NCBI RefSeq assembly: GCF_900167395.1
Contig: NZ_FUWK01000025.1
Location: 11,882-43,881 of the forward strand
DNA: 32,000 nt
From: Nitrosomonas europaea
Lineage (GTDB): Bacteria; Pseudomonadota; Gammaproteobacteria; Burkholderiales; Nitrosomonadaceae
Reading direction: 5' to 3'
The notes under the pieces were generated by a model. The model was given only the letters and a program-made list of their open reading frames with translations, was not told where the DNA came from and did no database searches. Position 1 is the first letter of the stretch; each line of letters opens with the position of its first letter. Below are positions 25,897-32,000 of the stretch, piece after piece. The translations under genes and the position numbers were made by a program.

Positions 25897-26967
25897 ATGT
25901 CTCGTTGTAAACGTTGTCTACTTCCCCATAGTGCGCCCGGCGCTGCAGTTGATTCAAGCGGAATATGTGCCTTTTGCAGATCTTATGTACCTAATGATAA
26001 AAACTTGTCTGATCAGTTACATCAGCAGCGTCAGCTTGATCTCGAAAAAGCGCTGGCGGATTGCCGTGGCAAGGGGCCCTATGATGTTCTGGTTTGTTTG
26101 AGCGGAGGGAAAGATAGTCTTTATTTGCTTTACCGGCTAAAGGTTGAGTATAAGCTGAATGTATTGGCATTTACTACCGATGTCAATATTCCCGATATCG
26201 CTTGGAATAACATTCATCGAACCATTCAGAAACTGGATATTGATCATCTGGTATATCGGCCTTCTGCTCAGTTTTACCGCAAACTTTTTCGATATTTACT
26301 CATGAATCAGGAAGAGCGCGGTGCTGTTTATACAGTTTCCTATGTATATGCTCCGCTGTTTGAAGGGGATGCACTGCAAGTAGCGATGGAAAAAGGCATT
26401 CCTCTGGTGCTCGCGGGTTATTCACCAGGACAGCCAGAGCCGGAGCGGATGGAGTTTGAATTTTCGCGCAAGCTGATTACTGAAACAGACTGGACACCTC
26501 CCGGGTTACGTCAGTCGGGTGAATTTACTGAAGAAGAACTGGCGCGTTTCTGGAATCCGAAACGATTTCCGGCAGATACCCGTTTCCCACGTTATCTCGC
26601 TCCTTTCCATGCATGGGATTATGATCAGGAAGCGATGATCCGCAAAGTGCATGATTTGGAGCTGGTTAAACGGCGAGCACACGGAAACCCAATTTACAGC
26701 AATTATCCGATCAATTGGCTGCTGATGTATTCAGATCTGAAGCATTTTGGCTATAACCCTTATGCACCTGAGTTTTCTGCTTTGATCCGTGCGGGTAAAG
26801 CAAGTCGTGCTTATTGGTGGTTTATGACCCCGATTGTCAATTTCATCATCCGTAATAAGCTATTGATAGGCCGTAATACCGTTGACCAGTTACAGCAGCT
26901 TGGTCTTCAAGAGGATGATTTGAAAATTACTCGACCGCGTGGTGCTTACGATCCGGAAATTGATTAA
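25897..26967 (+). CDS. PP-loop ATP pyrophosphatase family protein, N-acetyl-sugar amidotransferase (WbuX/WbpG)-like
   Basis: N-terminal zinc-ribbon cysteines CKRC...CAFC, then PP-loop VLVCLSGGKDS. The 356-aa length fits that subfamily, but the subfamily call is an impression. Confidence 0.7.
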   Translation: MSRCKRCLLPHSAPGAAVDSSGICAFCRSYVPNDKNLSDQLHQQRQLDLEKALADCRGKGPYDVLVCLSGGKDSLYLLYRLKVEYKLNVLAFTTDVNIPDIAWNNIHRTIQKLDIDHLVYRPSAQFYRKLFRYLLMNQEERGAVYTVSYVYAPLFEGDALQVAMEKGIPLVLAGYSPGQPEPERMEFEFSRKLITETDWTPPGLRQSGEFTEEELARFWNPKRFPADTRFPRYLAPFHAWDYDQEAMIRKVHDLELVKRRAHGNPIYSNYPINWLLMYSDLKHFGYNPYAPEFSALIRAGKASRAYWWFMTPIVNFIIRNKLLIGRNTVDQLQQLGLQEDDLKITRPRGAYDPEID

Positions 26968-27036
26968 TTTGGCAGGGTGTGTTGAGGGGGAAGAGGGAAA
27001 TTATATTGAGTCATGAGATAGTCGCTGGGATACGAA

Positions 27037-28884
27037 ATGATAGGTAAGGCTGGAATCGGGACGATACTTGATCTGCTGAGAGTACGTAGTGCAGCTACAC
27101 CTGCTGCAACTGCATTTCAGGTTTTGGTTCAGAATAAAAGTTGGCAGCCGACCAATTGGGAGCAGTTTGTACAGGCCGCAGGGCGGGTTGGTGCAAGGTT
27201 AACAGATTTTGGGGTCAGGAAAGGTGATCATGTTGGTATCATGGCTGCAACATCACTTGACTGGGAATATGCCCAAATGGGGGCATTGTTTGCAGGAGCC
27301 GTTGTTGCTGGAATTGACCCTGAGTATCCGGCGGACCAGTTAAATCATGTGATCGAGAATCTTGGGTTGTCAGTCCTGTTTGTTCAGAATCGTTCAGTCT
27401 TCGCAAAAATTCCATTAGAACTTCGTCAGCAGATCAGTGTATTTATTTTCTTTGAGGGTGAATCTCAGCAGAAAAATGAATTCAGCATGATCAATTTACT
27501 GGTAGAGCAAGAAACTGATACTTCTATTTGTTTGCCGGATGTGTTGCCACAGGATGAGGCAGTGATCGTATTTTCTTCTGGTACAACCGGGATGCCCAAA
27601 GCAATTATCTTTACCCATGAACAGGTTATTATGGCGGTTGAGGCCATTATGCGGGTATTTAATGATTTGAGTAGCCAGACGATACTTTTGTGCTGGTTGC
27701 CGTTATCGAACCTTTTTCAGCGTATTGTCAATTTTTGTGCAATAAAAATTGGTGCATCGAGTTACATATTGAGTGATCCGCGTGATTTGATGCGGTACGT
27801 CAAACAGGTGAATCCAGATGTTCTGATCGGTGTGCCAAAGGTACTTGAGCGAGTGCATTCGGGGGTTGTCGACCATATTGAAGGTCGGGTTTGGCCATTG
27901 CGTATGCTGGCGCGATGGGCAATTAGGATAGGTTACAAGCGGGCTGCGGCAAGGAGTGATCGAGGTGATTCTTTTGGTCTGATGAATAAACTGCTATGGA
28001 AACAGGCCGAGAATATGTTTTTACGCCGCCTGCGAATGGTTTTCGGTTCGCGGGTTCGTTATCTCGTCAGTGGATCTGCTGCGATGCCGGTTTGGCTATT
28101 GAGATGGTTTGACGCAATTGGATTACCGGTATATGAAGTTTATGGTATTAGTGAGAATGTTATCCCTGTCGCGGTAAATTCATCTGGCAGCCGTAAATTG
28201 GGGGCTGTGGGTAAACCATTATTGCCAAATGAGATAAAGCTCACTATGGATGGTGAGATCCTTGTTCGAGGCCCAGGAGTGTTCAAGGGTTATCAGGATA
28301 GAAAGGAAGAGAGTAATTTGCGTTTTTCACCAGATGGTTATTGGCACACTGGTGATCTGGGAGAGCTAGATACAGCAGGATTTCTTTCTATTGTCGGGAG
28401 AAAGAGCGATGTTTTCAAAACATCTGCAGGAAAATGGATTGCTCCTGTGAGAATTGAAGAACGACTGGGACGTATTGCTTATGTTGAGCAAAGTGTCGTA
28501 TTTCAATATGAATCAGGCAAAATTGTTGCTGTCATTGTCGTTGATTTGGAGAAATGTGCACAGAAAACCAGTGCAGTGCGCTATTCTGAAGTTTCATTAC
28601 ATATGGAAAATATGGCTAAGAATAAGCTTCATCAAATTCTGGAGACAGATATCAATGCAGAATTGGAAGATCTGCCTCTTTATCAGCGACCGGTTTATGT
28701 TGCTGTGACTGATAAGTTTTTTACGGTAAGCGGAGGGGAGCTAACTGTCAATATGAAGGTGCGTCGCAGTATTGTTGCACAGCGGTTTTCAGCGTACTTC
28801 GAAAATACTGTATGTAAATCTGATCAGGGTCGGGCTGAAAACGGTCATGTAGTTATGAGTGGGCCAACCATTTTTTTTATATGA
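27037..28884 (+). CDS. AMP-dependent acyl-CoA/acyl-AMP ligase (long-chain fatty acid ligase-like)
   Basis: Adenylation motifs VFSSGTTGMPKAIIFTH, EVYGISE and WHTGDLGELDTAGFLSIVGRKSDVFKTSAGKWIAP. 615 aa. Confidence 0.85.
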   Translation: MIGKAGIGTILDLLRVRSAATPAATAFQVLVQNKSWQPTNWEQFVQAAGRVGARLTDFGVRKGDHVGIMAATSLDWEYAQMGALFAGAVVAGIDPEYPADQLNHVIENLGLSVLFVQNRSVFAKIPLELRQQISVFIFFEGESQQKNEFSMINLLVEQETDTSICLPDVLPQDEAVIVFSSGTTGMPKAIIFTHEQVIMAVEAIMRVFNDLSSQTILLCWLPLSNLFQRIVNFCAIKIGASSYILSDPRDLMRYVKQVNPDVLIGVPKVLERVHSGVVDHIEGRVWPLRMLARWAIRIGYKRAAARSDRGDSFGLMNKLLWKQAENMFLRRLRMVFGSRVRYLVSGSAAMPVWLLRWFDAIGLPVYEVYGISENVIPVAVNSSGSRKLGAVGKPLLPNEIKLTMDGEILVRGPGVFKGYQDRKEESNLRFSPDGYWHTGDLGELDTAGFLSIVGRKSDVFKTSAGKWIAPVRIEERLGRIAYVEQSVVFQYESGKIVAVIVVDLEKCAQKTSAVRYSEVSLHMENMAKNKLHQILETDINAELEDLPLYQRPVYVAVTDKFFTVSGGELTVNMKVRRSIVAQRFSAYFENTVCKSDQGRAENGHVVMSGPTIFFI

Positions 28885-29996
28885 ATACCTATTTTATTAC
28901 AGGCGCTACTGGGGTTCTTGGTAGTGCGATTGTTAAGGAACTGCTTTCGAACCCCGAGAACCGCCTGGTGCTTCTGGTGCGTGCCGAGAATGAATTGGTG
29001 CTACAAAAGCGTATTACAGAGTTGTTATCGTTTCTTGGGGTTGGTGAGAAAACTCGTGACAGAATGGATTTCATACGGGGTGATGTAGAGCTTGAGCGAT
29101 TTGGCTTGCATCCAGGTAATTTTATAAAATTGGGAGATCAGGTCACACATATCATTCATAGCGCAGCCAGTGTTCGTATGAACTACTCACTTGAGCGGGC
29201 GCGCCTTGCTGCAGTGACTGCAACTGAGCATGTATTGCAGCTGGCACGATTAAGTCGTAAAAATGGATTACTCCAGAAAATGGAGGCAGTAAGTACGGTC
29301 GGTGTAGGAGGTAGATATTATGGCGCTTTACCAGAACAATGGTTGAATACACCAAGAAATTTTCACAATACCTATGAGCAATCGAAAGCCGAAGCTGAAA
29401 TCATACTCAAAACTGAAGTTGATCAGGGAATGCCAATTACTGTTCATCGTCCCAGTATGATTGTTGGAGATAGCCAAACAGGACGCATATTAAACTTTCA
29501 GATTTTTTACTATTTGCTTGAATTTATTACGGGCCGTCGCACTTGGGGCGTAATGCCTGATATTTCTGATCGGCATGTGGACGCGATTCCTGTGGACTAT
29601 GTTGCGCGAGCAATTTCCTGGTCAAGTAAAAATCCTGAGACAATTGGCAAAATATTGCACTTGTGTGCCGGGCTGGAAAATATCACATCATTAGAAAATG
29701 CTGAAAAGCTTGCGCGCTCCAAGTTTATGAAAATGAATTTGCCCGTACCACACAAACGAGTTTTACCTGTTGCCCAGTTCAGGTTTTTGGTGAACAGCGT
29801 TACTCCATTCCTTCCCAGAAAAATCAGGCGATCAGTCAGTGCATTACCCATCTTTCTAAACTATACAAAAAACCAAATCTTTGATAATACCGAAACAAAT
29901 ATAATTCTTAGTAGTGCGGGGCTTCAAATGCCCCGCTCAGATGAATTTCTTGGGCCAGTAATTGACTACTATCTTTCACAAGCTTATTTGACGTAA
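28881..29996 (+). CDS. thioester reductase-type SDR (NAD_binding_4 / fatty acyl reductase-like)
   Basis: Rossmann motif ITGATGVLGSAIV and catalytic YEQSKAEAE. Its ATG overlaps the ligase stop (ATGA at 28881-28884), implying translational coupling. Confidence 0.8.
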   Translation: MNTYFITGATGVLGSAIVKELLSNPENRLVLLVRAENELVLQKRITELLSFLGVGEKTRDRMDFIRGDVELERFGLHPGNFIKLGDQVTHIIHSAASVRMNYSLERARLAAVTATEHVLQLARLSRKNGLLQKMEAVSTVGVGGRYYGALPEQWLNTPRNFHNTYEQSKAEAEIILKTEVDQGMPITVHRPSMIVGDSQTGRILNFQIFYYLLEFITGRRTWGVMPDISDRHVDAIPVDYVARAISWSSKNPETIGKILHLCAGLENITSLENAEKLARSKFMKMNLPVPHKRVLPVAQFRFLVNSVTPFLPRKIRRSVSALPIFLNYTKNQIFDNTETNIILSSAGLQMPRSDEFLGPVIDYYLSQAYLT

Positions 29997-30027
29997 ACTC
30001 CTTCTATTACTCGCTATCCAAGATGGC

Positions 30028-31011
30028 TCAGGATTGATGGTATTTCATTTCATTTACATTTTCTATCTGGGTTGTCTGTAAATATTTTAGATAATCCCAA
30101 TAGCCATAAAATACTGCTGTTTCATTGACCAGATTTTCCCGCTTAAATATTTCATGTATTTTTGGCAGATTGCACCAAGCCACTCCAGGAAAGAAATGGT
30201 GATACGCATGCAATGTAAAATTGAGGTTGGGTAATATCAGTTTTTCCCACCAGCTTAATATAATTAATGAGGAAGATTCAATGATGTTTGCTTTGGGTAA
30301 GTTATAGACATGTTCGCAAACAGCACCTAGGCGCACGATTAAGGGTGTAAATGTCATTAATGGCAATAGCCAGTAAACCAGAAATACTGGCCACAATTCT
30401 AAGTAAGTCAATAATACTGCAACGATGATGTAGAATCCGGGCCGCAGCCACTTCGGAATGGGGTGTGGGCGATTGTAAACATTCTTATTCTCCAGGCGTT
30501 TTCCTTTCAGAATCCTGTAAAAACTCAGCCCACTCAGATCGCTCAATAGCAACTTGATCAGATGTCTAGTGGACATTGGAAATGTCCAGTCCGGGCCGGC
30601 CTTGCGCAAAAAATCCGGATCATCTTCGGTGAAATAATACTTGTGATGAGATAAATGGACTTTGGCATAGTCCTCCACGGTAATGCCTATCGGATAAGCA
30701 GTCAGGATATTGGCCAGCGTATCACCGTATCTCCCTCGTAAACCGAGCTGGTGTACCTGTTCATGCACCAGTAACCCCAGAATATTGAAACGTGTGGCAA
30801 TGATCGGTATGGCAAGTGCAGTCATCCAGATATTGTCGATATGGATAGCTAGCGCAATGACTGCAATGATGATTCCCCAGGCACCACCGGCCTGTATCAG
30901 GAATTCTTTTGGCCGGGCGCCGCTGAGTGCCTGAATTTCATTGCGTGCCTGTTTGGATAAACGACTTTTATCGCCAGCCAACGCTGGTGAAAGAGTGTGC
31001 GGTTGATTCAT
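30028..31011 (-). CDS. membrane fatty-acid desaturase family protein
   Basis: Three histidine boxes HEQVH, HLSHH and HAYHH, with hydrophobic segments between them. GAGGTG RBS 5 nt before the ATG. Confidence 0.85.
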   Translation of the reverse strand: MNQPHTLSPALAGDKSRLSKQARNEIQALSGARPKEFLIQAGGAWGIIIAVIALAIHIDNIWMTALAIPIIATRFNILGLLVHEQVHQLGLRGRYGDTLANILTAYPIGITVEDYAKVHLSHHKYYFTEDDPDFLRKAGPDWTFPMSTRHLIKLLLSDLSGLSFYRILKGKRLENKNVYNRPHPIPKWLRPGFYIIVAVLLTYLELWPVFLVYWLLPLMTFTPLIVRLGAVCEHVYNLPKANIIESSSLIILSWWEKLILPNLNFTLHAYHHFFPGVAWCNLPKIHEIFKRENLVNETAVFYGYWDYLKYLQTTQIENVNEMKYHQS

Positions 31012-31396
31012 AAAACACCTCGTTTAATTCGCAAGTTTGGATAAGAAAGGGGAGTGTTTTCCCTGCTTATGCAGCGGCATAACTGCGAATAAATTAAGAA
31101 TAAAGGTGTTTTTACGAGTTTGTCATAAGAGCTTTTTGTGCTTTTGTTGCTGGGAAGCAGTCATGGCCGTCGTTGCTAAACGGCGTCATCGCGAGATGGT
31201 TTTTTTCGTATGTTGTCCAAATAAGCTTATCTTCGCGAGGCCGTCAGGCCGTGGCGATCCAGAGTAGTTGCAATTGGAAGGAGGGCGCGTTGTATAGTTT
31301 GCTGATATAGCGACTGGATTGCTTCCTGCTTCACTGTGTCTGCAGTCGCAATAACGCGATATGGGATATTTGGGCTGGTGTAGTTTCCAGTGAGTA

Positions 31397-31765
31397 TTAC
31401 AACCCGGCATAGCGGCTGATTTCTTGTGCGAACCGACAAAAATCCTGGGGTGAGTGTTGGCTGATTGTGTAAACAATTTCCCAGTTGATTGCTTCGTACT
31501 GGTGTACTGCAATATTTCTGAAGCCGACTGCCTTTTTTAGCTGTTGGCTGGTGGTTGATGAAATAACGCTTGCTTCTTGAAGCAGGGTAAATACACTACC
31601 CATAGTTTGTGGTGCCGGGCAATTGGTATGGCTGAGAATATGGCTGCCAATATCAATGCACAGTTGTACGGCACGTGTAAGGTTAAGTTGTAGTAGTTCA
31701 GATTTGATCTGACAGCAGGTCTTGCCAAGAGGTGGGATTACCCGGTTTGATAGAGGTGCGAATCT
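31397..31765 (-). pseudogene. HepT (DUF86) toxin remnant, N-terminally truncated
   Basis: My translation of the frame upstream of the 68-aa ORF stays open to 31765 and reads ...SELLQLNLTRAVQLCIDIGSHIL...KKAVGFRNIAVHQYEAINWEIVYTI, with the Rx4HxY motif in RNIAVHQY. There is no usable start codon for a full-length protein. About 35-45 N-terminal residues and the usual upstream MNT partner are missing. Confidence 0.65.
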
Positions 31766-32000
31766 TTATCAACCAAACGCGAAAGCGTAAAGGAGTAATC
31801 CCATGAGCAGTGTTCATCATAAAATCATTAAACACAAGATTGGCTTGCTTAATCTGGCAGCTGAGCTTGGCAATGTATCCCGTGCCTGTAAGGTGATGGG
31901 TTTTTCTCGCGATACTTTCTATCGCTATCAGGCAGCTGTGGAAACAGGAGGTGTTGAAGCTCTGATAGATGCAAACCGACGTAAGCCCAATATCAAGAAC
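31720..32000 (+). mobile_element. left end of an IS481-family-like insertion sequence (left boundary approximate; continues past the window)
   Basis: The transposase gene begins at 31803. HepT homology stops at about 31715-31735. The inverted repeat was not identifiable without the other end. Confidence 0.5.
31803..32000 (+). CDS. transposase N-terminal HTH region (IS481-family-like), partial
   Basis: AAGGAG lies 7 nt before the ATG. MSSVHHKIIKHKIGLLNLAAELGNVSRACKVMGFSRDTFYRYQAAVETGGVEALIDANRRKPNIKN matches the N-terminus of a transposase group I recall being annotated as IS481 family. Confidence 0.7.
   Translation, partial: MSSVHHKIIKHKIGLLNLAAELGNVSRACKVMGFSRDTFYRYQAAVETGGVEALIDANRRKPNIKN

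Noticed and set aside
31037-31728. ORFs 31037-31267 (+), 31186-31512 (-), 31227-31439 (-) and 31537-31728 (-)
   Set aside because: They have no RBS, odd composition, and overlap each other or the HepT frame. The only frame with family resemblance is the HepT remnant reported above.

Overview
This 32-kb chromosomal segment reads like a Gram-negative genome. It looks beta-proteobacterial, possibly Nitrosomonadales-like, but that lineage call is only an impression. All calls come from reading the ORF translations and the DNA by eye; no searches were run.

Bases 1-14.7 kb are mostly housekeeping: a partial thiolase, hslVU, a four-gene stress/detox islet (DJ-1/PfpI, VOC, SAM-methyltransferase, GNAT), rpoZ, gmk, tRNA-Val(GAC), nudB, aspS, an FmdB zinc-ribbon protein, manC, wecB, yajQ and an OprO/P-like porin.

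Bases 14.9-31 kb are accessory. In order they contain:
- a PEP-CTERM/exosortase-type N-acyl amino acid synthase (NAS)-like acyltransferase, co-oriented with a LolA-like periplasmic carrier;
- a divergent LolD/MacB-type ATPase plus an outer-membrane barrel;
- two LolC/E-like permeases flanking a tandem-repeat coiled-coil membrane protein;
- an AT-rich PEP-CTERM protein gene behind a good sigma54 promoter;
- an intact IS200-type insertion;
- an operon for a VAO/PCMH-type flavoprotein, a PP-loop (WbuX-like) ATPase, an acyl-AMP/CoA ligase and a thioester-reductase SDR, with a convergent membrane desaturase.

The right edge holds a 5'-truncated HepT (DUF86) remnant abutting an IS481-like element. 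I saw no rRNA, CRISPR array or prophage.

The main hypothesis, which is inference, is that 14.9-31 kb forms one functional unit. In it, an acylated amino acid or lipid would be made by the NAS, tailored by the ligase/reductase/oxidase/desaturase set, and moved across the envelope by a private Lol-like machine, linked to PEP-CTERM protein sorting. No exosortase, PrsK/PrsR, acyl carrier protein (ACP) or LuxR-type receptor lies in the window.
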